DNA of 64,000 nucleotides from Candidatus Obscuribacterales bacterium. GTDB lineage: Bacteria > Cyanobacteriota > Vampirovibrionia > Obscuribacterales > Obscuribacteraceae. The stretch is taken from NCBI GenBank assembly GCA_965228855.1, contig CBDDIJ010000003.1, forward strand, positions 1,216,001 through 1,280,000, written 5' to 3'. Below are positions 30,077 through 39,732 of the stretch, piece by piece (within the stretch, counting starts at the first letter, position 1; every line of letters begins with the position of its first letter). A program made the translations under genes and the position numbers. The notes below the pieces were generated by a model. It was not told the origin of the DNA. It did not search any database and worked only from the letters and a program-made list of their open reading frames with translations.

Positions 30077-31831
30077 TCAATGTTTTGACGCAACAGCGAC
30101 CTCGGTAGGTGCTGCTTCCGTTTCGACTTTCCCTGTAGCTGCCTTCCATGTCAGGAAACCGCCCGCAAGGTTTTTCGCTTTGAAGCCTTTTTGTGATAAG
30201 AGACGATAAGCCATATATGAACGCTGACCGCTCTGGCAGTATGTGACTATTTTTTTGTCGGCAGGCACGTCTGCGATTCGCTCTCTCAAATCCGGAAGCG
30301 GGATGTGGACGCTGTTCGGAATGTAACCCAGCTTGCGCTCAGCGCTGGTTCTTACGTCGATGATGCAAATGTCGTCGCATTCTAATTCTTCGTCGAGATC
30401 CGACCAGCTTTCTTGCGTGTTCAAACCATCGAGTATGTTTGTTCCAACCATGCCGGCCAAATTGATCGGATCTTTGGCTGATCCGAATGGAGGGGCGTAT
30501 GCGAGTTCCAGCTCTGCGAGATCTCTAATAGTCAATCCTGCCTTCATCGCGGTTGCAATTACATCGATGCGCTTGTCAGCGCCGTTTTTTCCAACGATCT
30601 GCGCACCGAGAAGTTTGCCGCTTTCGCGATGAAACATCACTTTCATGTCGAGGCGTTCCGCGCCCGGGTAGTATCCCGCGTGGTGGCTTGGATGAATGAA
30701 AACGGTTTCGTACGGTATTTTGTCGTCTTTCAACGTTTGTTCATTTAAACCGACCGACGCTGCCGCGAGTTCAAAGACTCTCAAAATGGCAGTACCTATG
30801 GTGCCGTCGTATGTGCGAGTGTTGCCAAAGATATTGTCCGCTACGATTCGTCCTTGTCGGTTAGCGGGACCGCCAAGCGCAATCAACGTCCATGCGTCGT
30901 TAGTTGGATTTTTGACTTCGATTGCGTCGCCCACCGCCCAGATATGTGGAGTACTCGTCTGCAAATGCGCGTTGACGCGGATACCTCCTCTTTTGCCGAT
31001 CTCTATGCCGGCGTCATGAGCGAGTTGCGTTTCAGGTCTGACTCCCAGCCCCAGGATGACCAGGTCTGCTGGTACTGGTGAATTTTCACCGGCCTGCACC
31101 CAGCAGGATTTTGGTGCCGGGTAGATGCAGCTAATTTTTTGCGGTTCAATAAATTCCGAGATTGGCGAACCGAGGACTAGTTGAATGCCATGCTCTCGCA
31201 ACTCGGCATGAACCAGCTCAGCCATTTCCGGGTCGACTGGCGTAAGGACCTGTTTCTTACCATCAATAATGGTGACATTGAGTCCCAGATTTTTGAGTTG
31301 TTCTGCTGTTTCAAGTCCAATAAAACCGCCGCCGGCAATGACAACGTCCTTCGGTTTATGTTGTTTGATCCAGGCTTCGATCAATTCTATATCATGGATG
31401 CTTCGGACTGAAAAAATTCCGGGGCGATCGATTCCAGGAATCGGAGGTCTAATTGGCGCCGCACCAACCGCCAGGATCAGCTCGTCATAGCTCTCTTCAT
31501 ATTGGCGCCCGGATGCTAAATCTTTTACGGAGACTTTTTTCGCTTTCGGATCTATTGAGACGACTTCGCTATTTGCTCTAATATCGAGCTTTAGTTTTTT
31601 TCTCAGATCAGGTTCCTTAACTACGAGCAGTTTATCTTTTGATTTGATTTCGCCGCCTAATAGATAAGGCAAACCGCAATTCGCATAGGAAACATATTCT
31701 CCTCTCTCAAACACTACGATCTCGGCTTGTTCCGAAAGGCGGCGTGCCCTTGCCGCGGCGCTCATGCCTCCTGCGACTCCACCTACTATAACGATTTTTG
31801 TTGCCTGCTCGGCGAAGCTGTGATTGTTCAT
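30077..31831 (-). CDS. CoA-disulfide/persulfide reductase-rhodanese fusion (CoADR-RHD)
   Basis: GGVAGG, SYANCGLPY, GGGFIGLE, LAYAPPFG; C-terminal rhodanese YCQSGQRS. Confidence 0.93.
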   Translation of the reverse strand: MNNHSFAEQATKIVIVGGVAGGMSAAARARRLSEQAEIVVFERGEYVSYANCGLPYLLGGEIKSKDKLLVVKEPDLRKKLKLDIRANSEVVSIDPKAKKVSVKDLASGRQYEESYDELILAVGAAPIRPPIPGIDRPGIFSVRSIHDIELIEAWIKQHKPKDVVIAGGGFIGLETAEQLKNLGLNVTIIDGKKQVLTPVDPEMAELVHAELREHGIQLVLGSPISEFIEPQKISCIYPAPKSCWVQAGENSPVPADLVILGLGVRPETQLAHDAGIEIGKRGGIRVNAHLQTSTPHIWAVGDAIEVKNPTNDAWTLIALGGPANRQGRIVADNIFGNTRTYDGTIGTAILRVFELAAASVGLNEQTLKDDKIPYETVFIHPSHHAGYYPGAERLDMKVMFHRESGKLLGAQIVGKNGADKRIDVIATAMKAGLTIRDLAELELAYAPPFGSAKDPINLAGMVGTNILDGLNTQESWSDLDEELECDDICIIDVRTSAERKLGYIPNSVHIPLPDLRERIADVPADKKIVTYCQSGQRSYMAYRLLSQKGFKAKNLAGGFLTWKAATGKVETEAAPTEVAVASKH

Positions 31832-31864
31832 TATTTAGCTCCGTTTCTAACCACTCACTTATTT

Positions 31865-31890
31865 TAGTATATCGTCGATTAGTTATATAG
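31865..31890 (-). promoter_or_regulatory. Putative ArsR operator overlapping CoADR-RHD promoter
   Basis: Minus strand CTATATAACTAATCGACGATATACTA; 20/26 identical to 32450-32475; includes TATACT -10. Confidence 0.65.
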
Positions 31891-32026
31891 CGAACGACCA
31901 AAAGATTGATTTTTCGTTTCAATGCATGTTCTACAGACGGGCGCTGGGATGGTAAACGAAAAGCGCGCAACTGTCTGCTGCGCGCTGGATTCTGTTGCGG
32001 TGGAAAGGATTGTCTAGTTTTGGTTT

Positions 32027-32389
32027 CTACTGCGAGAAGTGTCTTTGTGCCGCGGCAAAACGTTTCGAAAGTGAGCCGCACACAAGGTCGCATAGCTGAT
32101 AGATCGTCATATCGGCTACTGAGTAGTATACATAGAGACCCTGTTTGCGTCTGTTCAAAATACCCTGTTCCGAAAGAATTGACAGGTGTTTACTGATATT
32201 CGCCTGGCTCATTCCGGTGAGTTCACAGAGCTCTTGGACCGAGTGCTCGCCATCCATTAAATGCTGCAGAAGCTCCAATCTGGTGGCGTCGCCAAGAGCT
32301 CGAAATCGAGCAGCGACAATCTCTAGAGCCTCTTTCGGCAATTGCTGCTTTTTCATGCTGGCTGGTCTGACGCTTTTCTTCGAAGCCAT
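32027..32389 (-). CDS. ArsR/SmtB-family repressor, probable persulfide sensor
   Basis: FRALGDATRL, SQANISKHL, C-terminal LCDLVC; embedded in sulfur cluster. Confidence 0.92.
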   Translation of the reverse strand: MASKKSVRPASMKKQQLPKEALEIVAARFRALGDATRLELLQHLMDGEHSVQELCELTGMSQANISKHLSILSEQGILNRRKQGLYVYYSVADMTIYQLCDLVCGSLSKRFAAAQRHFSQ

Positions 32390-32416
32390 TCGACTCCCTC
32401 CACTTTTCTAATATTA

Positions 32417-32475
32417 AGGATATCAATGCACCGTCGTTTCGTCAATTGACTATTCAACCAATTAACGATATAGTA
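32417..32475. promoter_or_regulatory. Back-to-back promoters around palindrome GTCAATTGAC plus operator
   Basis: + strand TTGACT(32446)-N17-TATAGT; - strand TTGACG(32445)-N17-TATCCT; box 32450-32475. Confidence 0.7.
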
Positions 32476-32505
32476 TGTTTATCAGAACAGTTGGAGGTTT
32501 GTTAA

Positions 32506-33072
32506 ATGGCTACTGGAACTATTACGCGCTTGAGTCCGGCTGAGGTTTCAGCTTCTATCGCCAGCGGTGCTGGTGTTCAGATTGTGGATGTTCGGACTCC
32601 TCTGGAATTTGATGGCGAACACATTGAGCCTTCCAAAAATATTCCACTGGACGAGTTGTCCAGTCGTGGCTCTGAATTAAATAAGGATTCTACAATTATT
32701 TTAGTTTGCCGAAGCGGAATGCGCGCTTCTCGCGCGGCTGACCTTCTCGCATCATACGGAATGGAAATTGGTATTTTGGATGGTGGCGTCGTCGGGTGGA
32801 AACGTGCCGGTTTAGCTCTAAAGGAAGGCAAAAAACGGATGCCTCTCGAGCGTCAGGTGCAGCTGACCATCGGCACAATACTTTTGTCCAGTGTGGCGGC
32901 CGGTTGGACCTTAAATAAAGGTTGGTTTATCGTTCCTGCATTTATCGGAGCTGGATTGACCTTTGCTGGTTTGACTGGAAATTGTGGTCTAGCAATGCTT
33001 TTGGCTAAAGCACCATGGAACAAGCTCGAAAATTGTGAAACATCATCGAAGAAAAACAGTTGCTGCTCCTAG
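32506..33072 (+). CDS. Rhodanese-DUF2892 (YgaP-like) membrane sulfurtransferase
   Basis: DVRTPLEF, VCRSGMRA; C-terminal FIGAGLTFAGLTGNCGLAMLLAKAPWN. Confidence 0.92.
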   Translation: MATGTITRLSPAEVSASIASGAGVQIVDVRTPLEFDGEHIEPSKNIPLDELSSRGSELNKDSTIILVCRSGMRASRAADLLASYGMEIGILDGGVVGWKRAGLALKEGKKRMPLERQVQLTIGTILLSSVAAGWTLNKGWFIVPAFIGAGLTFAGLTGNCGLAMLLAKAPWNKLENCETSSKKNSCCS

Positions 33073-33088
33073 CTGAGGTCGGTTTGCA

Positions 33089-33844
33089 ATGCTGGTTTTC
33101 GGCGTGACATTGGGACTGTTGACAGGGACTCTGTTGGGGCTCCTCGGTGGTGGCGGAAGCATTATCGCTGTTCCGATTATGGTCTACGTGTTAGGTTTTG
33201 ATGCCAAAACAGCGATTGCAACCAGTCTTGTAGTTGTTGGTATCGCGAGCTTCCTTGCCGCGATAAGCCATTACCGAAGAGAGTCCGTGCTGATTCGGAC
33301 AGCAATTTACTTTGGTTTTGCAGGTGCGTTGGGCAGTTTTTTCGGCGCGCTTATCGGCAAGCAAATTCCGAATGACGTGCAGTTGCTGCTGTTTTCAGTG
33401 GTGGCTGCCGTTACCGGATATCTGATGATACGGCGACGGTCGGAAACTTCTGATACCGGAAGAAAAGTTGTTTCGAAGAATGCAGGCGTGAAAGTATTCT
33501 TCGCAGGTCTCGGCTCAGGAATTCTAACCGGACTGCTGGGTGTTGGAGGCGGTTTCATTATAGTACCGGCCCTGACATTCGTGGTCGGTCTCTCTATTAG
33601 AGAGGCGGTTGGAACTTCCTTAGTTGTGATTGGTATGAACAGTCTCGTAGGTGCAGCGACCTACGCTGGCTTCATTCGCTGGGGTGGCAACGTTATGCCT
33701 TATGTTGTCGGAACCCTCGCTGCAGCTCCGATCGCGGGTCACTTCTCTCAATATGTTCGACAGAGAGAGTTGAAAACCACCTTCGCCGTGACACTACTGG
33801 CAATATCAGCCTTCATGTTCGTAAAGCAGATGGTTCACTTCTAA
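33089..33844 (+). CDS. tauE: TauE/SafE sulfite exporter
   Basis: Duplicated GLLGxGGG and A.GTSL motifs. Confidence 0.92.
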   Translation: MLVFGVTLGLLTGTLLGLLGGGGSIIAVPIMVYVLGFDAKTAIATSLVVVGIASFLAAISHYRRESVLIRTAIYFGFAGALGSFFGALIGKQIPNDVQLLLFSVVAAVTGYLMIRRRSETSDTGRKVVSKNAGVKVFFAGLGSGILTGLLGVGGGFIIVPALTFVVGLSIREAVGTSLVVIGMNSLVGAATYAGFIRWGGNVMPYVVGTLAAAPIAGHFSQYVRQRELKTTFAVTLLAISAFMFVKQMVHF

Positions 33845-33873
33845 ATATCTAATACAAACCAGAGGTACTCGAA

Positions 33874-35277
33874 ATGTTCTTCAAGCAATTCTATCTAGGA
33901 TGTCTAGCGCACGGCTCGTACTTGCTCGGCTCTAAAGGCGAGGCCGCTGTTGTCGATCCTCAGCGCGATGTCGACCAGTATATCGAAGAGGCTGAAAAGA
34001 GTGGATTGAAGATAAGGTACATCTTTGAGACACATTTGCACGCTGATTTTGTAAGCGGCCATCGAGAGCTTGCGGCAAAAACCGGCGCCCGGATTATTTT
34101 TGGCGCTAAGGCTGGCGCTGTATTCGATCACATCGCCGCTAAGGATGGCGATACGTTTGAGGTTGGATCGATCAAGCTGAAAATTCTCGAAACACCAGGT
34201 CATACGCCTGAAAGTATTTGCATACTTGCTGAAGACTTGGACGATGAGTCCTCGCCTTCGAAGTTGTTCACCGGCGATACGCTCTTTATTGGTGATGTGG
34301 GGCGACCCGACCTTGTGGCTGTAAAAGGTTTTTCTCAAGAACAAATGGCCTCGATGTTGTACGACAGTTTGTACGATAAGTTGGCTAAGCTCGCCGATGA
34401 AACCGAGATCTATCCAGCTCACGGCGCAGGCTCGCTTTGCGGTAAGAATCTTTCGGACGAGCGTTCTTCGACGCTCGGGAAGCAGAAGCTTTTCAATTAC
34501 GCATTTAAGCCGGGAACTGCAAAACAGGACTTCATCAAATTGGTGACCTCCGATCAGCCGGAAGTTCCTGCTTACTTTCCTAAGGACGTCGAATTAAATC
34601 GTCAGGGACCGGTTCAATTGTCCGAGATTGTTCGCCCTCGCCTGATGAAAGGTGCCGAGGTCAATAAGGAGATGCAGCGGGGAACGGTTTTATTAGATGT
34701 GCGCAGTGGTCAAGAATTTGCCAGTGGACACGTAAAAGGGTCTTTGAACATTGGGCTTAGCGGTCAATTTGCTTCGTGGGCTGGAACACTGATTCCTCTG
34801 GAAACTCCAATCATTCTTCTTGCTAATGATGAGGAATCGATCGAGGAAGCCGTTATGCGACTTGCTAGAATTGGTATTGAAAGTGTTATCGGTTATCTTG
34901 AAGGTGGTGTCATCGGATGGAGCAATGCCGGTTTTGAAATTGTTGAGACGCCCGTAATAACGGTAGATGAATTGCGCTCGGAGCTCGATGAAGGAGAGAA
35001 GATATTTGTTCTCGATGTCAGAAGAGTCGGAGAATACGCCGGAGGTCATGTTGATGGCGCTAAGAACATTCCGCTTGCTGAATTGTCGAAGCATATATCC
35101 GAAATTCCGAGGGAGGGTCAGATTGCTTTGATATGCGCTAGCGGTTATCGCTCATCAATTGCGAAGAGTTTATTGGAGCGGGAGGGAGTGACAAACTTGA
35201 TGAACGTTCTTGGCGGAATGAAAGCTTGGAACTCGAGTAATATAGAAGCGACGGTAGGTACAACTTGCAGTCAATGA
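33874..35277 (+). CDS. Persulfide dioxygenase (MBL fold) with two rhodanese domains (CstB-like)
   Basis: ETHLHADFVSG, TPGHT, GDTLF..GRPDL, PAHGAGSLCG; first rhodanese lacks the catalytic Cys, second has ICASGYRS. Confidence 0.92.
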   Translation: MFFKQFYLGCLAHGSYLLGSKGEAAVVDPQRDVDQYIEEAEKSGLKIRYIFETHLHADFVSGHRELAAKTGARIIFGAKAGAVFDHIAAKDGDTFEVGSIKLKILETPGHTPESICILAEDLDDESSPSKLFTGDTLFIGDVGRPDLVAVKGFSQEQMASMLYDSLYDKLAKLADETEIYPAHGAGSLCGKNLSDERSSTLGKQKLFNYAFKPGTAKQDFIKLVTSDQPEVPAYFPKDVELNRQGPVQLSEIVRPRLMKGAEVNKEMQRGTVLLDVRSGQEFASGHVKGSLNIGLSGQFASWAGTLIPLETPIILLANDEESIEEAVMRLARIGIESVIGYLEGGVIGWSNAGFEIVETPVITVDELRSELDEGEKIFVLDVRRVGEYAGGHVDGAKNIPLAELSKHISEIPREGQIALICASGYRSSIAKSLLEREGVTNLMNVLGGMKAWNSSNIEATVGTTCSQ

Positions 35278-35287
35278 GGTAATTGTC

Positions 35288-36475
35288 TTGAGCCGGAAGG
35301 AAAAAATCGTCATCATTGGTGGTGGCACTGCAGGCATTTCCGTAGGCGCACGGCTGAGAAAGGCTCTGTATGGAACCGAAATCGTGGTGGTTGACCCGGC
35401 TGAGAAGCATTACTACCAGCCCCTGTGGACGCTTGTAGGAGCTGGGGTGTTCGACCGCTCCGAAAGTGCTCGAGATGAAAAGGATTGCATTCCCGAAGGT
35501 GTCACTTGGCTGAAGGAGAGAGTTTCAAAACTATCTCCGGAAACCAATGAGGTTGAACTCGAATCGGGCAAACGGCTGGAATACTCAATTCTGGTCGTTT
35601 GCCCTGGTATTCAGATCAACTGGTCAAAGGTCGCGGGACTGACCGAAGCCATTGGCACAAATGGCGTTTGCAGCAATTACGATTACAACTATGTTGAAAA
35701 AACGTGGGAGAACATCCGCAATTTCAAAGGCGGCACAGCGCTTTTTACCCAGCCGAACACAGTAGTGAAGTGCGGTGGCGCTCCTCAGAAGATCGCCTAT
35801 ATGGCGGAGGACTATTTTCAGAGTAAGGGTATCAGAGATAAGTGCAAGATCATATTTGCGTCCGGGCAGGCCAATATCTTTGCAGTTCCGAAGTACGCTG
35901 CTGCGCTTGAAGAAGTAATTGAACGGAAGCGCATCGAGACATTATTCAAACAGAATCTTGTTGAAATTCGCGCTTCGCAAAAGGAAGCGATCTTTGAGGA
36001 CCTGAACGATGGTTCACGAAAAACAATTGCATATGACATGATTCATGTGTCACCGCCGATGGGACCACCTGACTTTATCAGTTCCAGCCCGCTGGCTGAC
36101 GCAGCCGGTTGGGTTGATGTCAATAAACATTCGTTGCAGCATCCGCGGTTCGAAAACGTTTTCTCTCTCGGTGACGCAGCGAATTTACCGACGTCAAAGA
36201 CGGGCGCGGCGATCCGCAAGCAGGCACCGGTTGTAGTGGCAAATATCCTCGCCCAGCTGGGAGGCTCCGAGCCAACCGCGAGCTACGATGGTTACACTTC
36301 ATGTCCTCTGGTAACTGGTTACAGGAGTTTGATACTCGCAGAGTTTGATTACGCGCTCCAGCCACAGGAAACGTTTCCATTCGATCAAAGCCAGGAACGC
36401 TACTCTATGTACCTGCTGAAGAAGTACGTGCTGCCTACCTTTTACTGGGAAGGAATGCTTAAGGGAAGACTCTAA
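35288..36475 (+). CDS. sqr: Sulfide:quinone oxidoreductase, type II
   Basis: GGGTAG, YYQPLWTLVG, KCGGAPQK, SKTGAA, YDGYTSCP, LAEFDY. Confidence 0.93.
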   Translation: MSRKEKIVIIGGGTAGISVGARLRKALYGTEIVVVDPAEKHYYQPLWTLVGAGVFDRSESARDEKDCIPEGVTWLKERVSKLSPETNEVELESGKRLEYSILVVCPGIQINWSKVAGLTEAIGTNGVCSNYDYNYVEKTWENIRNFKGGTALFTQPNTVVKCGGAPQKIAYMAEDYFQSKGIRDKCKIIFASGQANIFAVPKYAAALEEVIERKRIETLFKQNLVEIRASQKEAIFEDLNDGSRKTIAYDMIHVSPPMGPPDFISSSPLADAAGWVDVNKHSLQHPRFENVFSLGDAANLPTSKTGAAIRKQAPVVVANILAQLGGSEPTASYDGYTSCPLVTGYRSLILAEFDYALQPQETFPFDQSQERYSMYLLKKYVLPTFYWEGMLKGRL

Positions 36476-37569
36476 TTGTTTTCCGGGCATCGCTGATCGA
36501 CCTCTTTGGTGCTCGATTCCTTTACTAGTTTAGCGAGCCTCTTTGATTGTCTTTCAGTCAGATTGTCGGTATTGATTGTCTCAACGAGCGGACTTTTCGA
36601 TGACCTCTGCGAATCTTTATCTATCCAGTTTACGAGTTTGCCGACAAGCGCCGGTGAGAATCTGCCCTCTTCCAATACGAGATGTTCTCCCTCGCCATCA
36701 ATTAGAAATGTTTTGTTCTTTGATTGAGCGTCTTTAAAAAGTCTTGCAACGGCTACTGGTGATACCAGATTGTCATTGAGACCCTGGACGACGAGCAGCG
36801 GCTTGGAGAGGCGTTTCGCATAATGATCTGTTTTAGAAATGAAGCTCATGAAAGCCTTCGCTTCGCCAAGAGTCAATTTGAGTTTATGACTTGAGTCGTT
36901 CATCCAATGATCGCTCAATGATTGATCTTTTGTCGCCTGATGAATGAAAGCCTTTCCAGCGGGACCCGGCATGCTGTGCGGCATGAACACAAACTCTACA
37001 AAACCTTTTAGAGCGTTCCTTTTGATTTTAAGTATTTTCCAAGCCGGTGCTGAACAAATGACTCCGTCGACCAATTCAGGATGTTCAGCGCCAACTCTCA
37101 CTGCAAGCGCTCCTCCCATGGACTCGCCGATCAGAAACACTTTTGATTCCGGCGACTCTTTGTGAATTGACTCCAAAAGTTTGCTTACGTCGTCAACAGT
37201 ATCAACACAGTCAAGCTTGGCGTATTCGGCTTTGTCTCTGTCGGGACCGAAACCGCGAACGTTGACTCCATAGCCGTCGAAACCTGCGTTTTCAAGCTCC
37301 TTTGCCAGCGGTCTGTATGCCCTGGCACAGAGACCCAGACCGTGAATGCAAACGATGACCGTGTTGTTTGGAGTTGGACTGTTCCACTTCAAAATATGTG
37401 TGTCGCCTACAACAACACAAGAAGGCTCTTCTCTGCACGGTGCGCCTATGCTGACTGACTTCTCTTTCGGTCGAGTTGTGCCGTCTGCGAGGGCGGCTGT
37501 ACAGGAACCACTCAAGAGAATTACGGCGAGCAGACCTTGTTGTATAAGGGCGGTAGCGGTTTTTAACAT
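36472..37569 (-). CDS. Exported alpha/beta hydrolase (lysophospholipase-like)
   Basis: Signal peptide, IHGL, GESMGG, QGLND, GEH. Confidence 0.88.
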   Translation of the reverse strand: MLKTATALIQQGLLAVILLSGSCTAALADGTTRPKEKSVSIGAPCREEPSCVVVGDTHILKWNSPTPNNTVIVCIHGLGLCARAYRPLAKELENAGFDGYGVNVRGFGPDRDKAEYAKLDCVDTVDDVSKLLESIHKESPESKVFLIGESMGGALAVRVGAEHPELVDGVICSAPAWKILKIKRNALKGFVEFVFMPHSMPGPAGKAFIHQATKDQSLSDHWMNDSSHKLKLTLGEAKAFMSFISKTDHYAKRLSKPLLVVQGLNDNLVSPVAVARLFKDAQSKNKTFLIDGEGEHLVLEEGRFSPALVGKLVNWIDKDSQRSSKSPLVETINTDNLTERQSKRLAKLVKESSTKEVDQRCPENN

Positions 37570-37715
37570 GGTCGCGTCCTCAGATTTGAAGTATTCATTG
37601 ATGAATCTTCAAGTCTAAGTATATCGTTATTTGGTTGTATAGCGAAGCGTTTGTAAACGATTGCGGACCAACATTTTCTGAAGGCTCAGACCGGTCTTGG
37701 AGTTCGAATTTCGTG

Positions 37716-38519
37716 TTAGTAGAACTGCTTGAACAGGACTTGCACCTCGCCGCCCGATTGCGTCGCAGCTGTTCTTACCAATGTGCAGTTTGCCTTTTTA
37801 TTCACGTTGCCCCAGTTTAACCAAACGCTGTTGCACCCTGGATTTACACTCGATGTGCAGTCGTCGCATCCTGGCGGATAAATTCCGTTGCGATTGAGAT
37901 TCGGGCTGTTTGGTTTGGTGCCAAGAGTCAGATTGGACATCGAGGTTACTGAAGCACCACCCACGGTTAACCAAGGACCGCCTGAGTAGGTCGGCGGATT
38001 GTTCGAGTTCAAATTGCACACGATTCTGCAGTTGACACCATTGACGCAGCTGATATCAGTCGATTCTTGAGGCTGCACCGCCTGCGGTGACTGTACGTAG
38101 GCCGGAGTATTGTTGTTCAGTGTGAATTCTGCCAGATTTATTCCATTCGGATAAGCAACCGGCGGACATAGAAGCGGCGGTGTTCCAAATGAAAGGTTGC
38201 CGCTGATTGCAGTTCCAGCTGGCGATGTGTATGAAACCTTTGCACCGCGTGCTAGTGTAAACGAACCTTGAAGACCGCTGCCGGTCCACGTCACCGGAGG
38301 AGTAAAAGTCACCTGGGTCACATCTTGAACAAAACCAGGATTGCTCGGGTAGAAATTCGGATACGCTCCAAGCGTAAGGTACACAGTCACAGCCGCATTG
38401 CTGTCGTTTTTAACCGTTAATTTGGTTTGACCGAGACCCTGCGCTTCCGCAGGCGCGTTGGTCGTTGCAATCGTAAGCAAAGCACTCAAAAAAACACTCG
38501 TCAGGTAACTTGTTTTCAT
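37716..38519 (-). CDS. Secreted Cys-rich thaumatin-like protein
   Basis: Signal peptide; VKN..VTVY, LAEFTLN, DISCVNG; 8 Cys. Confidence 0.6.
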   Translation of the reverse strand: MKTSYLTSVFLSALLTIATTNAPAEAQGLGQTKLTVKNDSNAAVTVYLTLGAYPNFYPSNPGFVQDVTQVTFTPPVTWTGSGLQGSFTLARGAKVSYTSPAGTAISGNLSFGTPPLLCPPVAYPNGINLAEFTLNNNTPAYVQSPQAVQPQESTDISCVNGVNCRIVCNLNSNNPPTYSGGPWLTVGGASVTSMSNLTLGTKPNSPNLNRNGIYPPGCDDCTSSVNPGCNSVWLNWGNVNKKANCTLVRTAATQSGGEVQVLFKQFY

Positions 38520-38776
38520 AAAAACACCCCGAGGCAATTCCGCACAGACAGATTTACATGCCCAAAGATTTCTTGTTAATCTCGAAGTCTCTGCACTAAA
38601 GAAGTGTACTGTCGCGTAATGCTCACCAGCAGGTTATTTGCGGTTTGATAGAATATTTACAATTAGGTCGAAGATGCTGCCGTTGTTGATGGCAAGCTAG
38701 CGCTCCTTGCAGAAACTTTGGGTCTATGATTAGAGAGTGGTTAGTCCAGCTAAACACTGCTACCAATTATGGTGGC

Positions 38777-39652
38777 ATGTTTCAGCGCGTCGTCACGCTT
38801 TCTATTGTCGTTCCTGTCCTGACGGTCCTTCTTTCGACTTCCACTTTGGCGCTCCCCTCCGATTCGGAACTAATAGCGATCGACTACACGCAGATAGAGC
38901 CATCCGAATTTGTTCGGAAGGTTGAGCCTCTGCTGCTTAACAGCCAGAGTCAAGAGAGTCAGAACAAGCGTCTGAAACCTGCGAAGACTCTGTCCGAGGA
39001 GCAAATTCGAATTGCTAAGCTTAGAATCGAATTTCATTTGAACTCAAAGCTACCGCCGTGTCGCATTCAAAAATTTTGTGTGCCAGCAACAAATTATCTC
39101 GGCATTTTTCAACGACCGGTTTCGATGCCATCAGATATTTTTGTCACCGGAAAACTTTACCCCTCGGATAATCAGTTAGGAAACGTAGAATGGTCCTGCG
39201 TGCTGAGTGAACATGGTGAGCCCATAGATCTGCAGGTAGAAATGTACAAATCCAAAGGAAAGGGCTTTTGGATTATTGATGTTCCTGATCTCACAGAGCG
39301 CGAAACCGATGCCGAATTTGACATGTCGATGGTTCGGAGCATAGTTTTCACTGCGCGTGAAGCGTTTCGCTATTCCTTTGAGCCAGGACAGTTGTATGGA
39401 TTCGACAAGAACTCTCGCGATGCTTGGGGCGTAGTTCACAGTGCCCATATTGATAAGGTTGCAAGTGTTTCATACGATAAAAATGGAAGGATGAACGGCT
39501 TTGTCGCGCGCCTTGAGAATGGGAAGACGCTGACCGCTAACCTCGATAAGAAAATGGAGATGCGAAGAATTCGTCTAGACGGAAAGCCCAATAAGACCTG
39601 GACAAAGATGGGGAATCAGGCAATTAAAAATATTGCGCGTGCGAACAAGTGA
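38777..39652 (+). CDS. Exported hypothetical protein
   Basis: Signal peptide from ATG 38777 ending TLA. Confidence 0.7.
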   Translation: MFQRVVTLSIVVPVLTVLLSTSTLALPSDSELIAIDYTQIEPSEFVRKVEPLLLNSQSQESQNKRLKPAKTLSEEQIRIAKLRIEFHLNSKLPPCRIQKFCVPATNYLGIFQRPVSMPSDIFVTGKLYPSDNQLGNVEWSCVLSEHGEPIDLQVEMYKSKGKGFWIIDVPDLTERETDAEFDMSMVRSIVFTAREAFRYSFEPGQLYGFDKNSRDAWGVVHSAHIDKVASVSYDKNGRMNGFVARLENGKTLTANLDKKMEMRRIRLDGKPNKTWTKMGNQAIKNIARANK

Positions 39653-39732
39653 AGTCTACGTAATTCCTACATTGTGTGGACCATCTGTCCGGTCTAGGAT
39701 AGCTGGACTCGCACAGTTTCTATTCACTCGCT

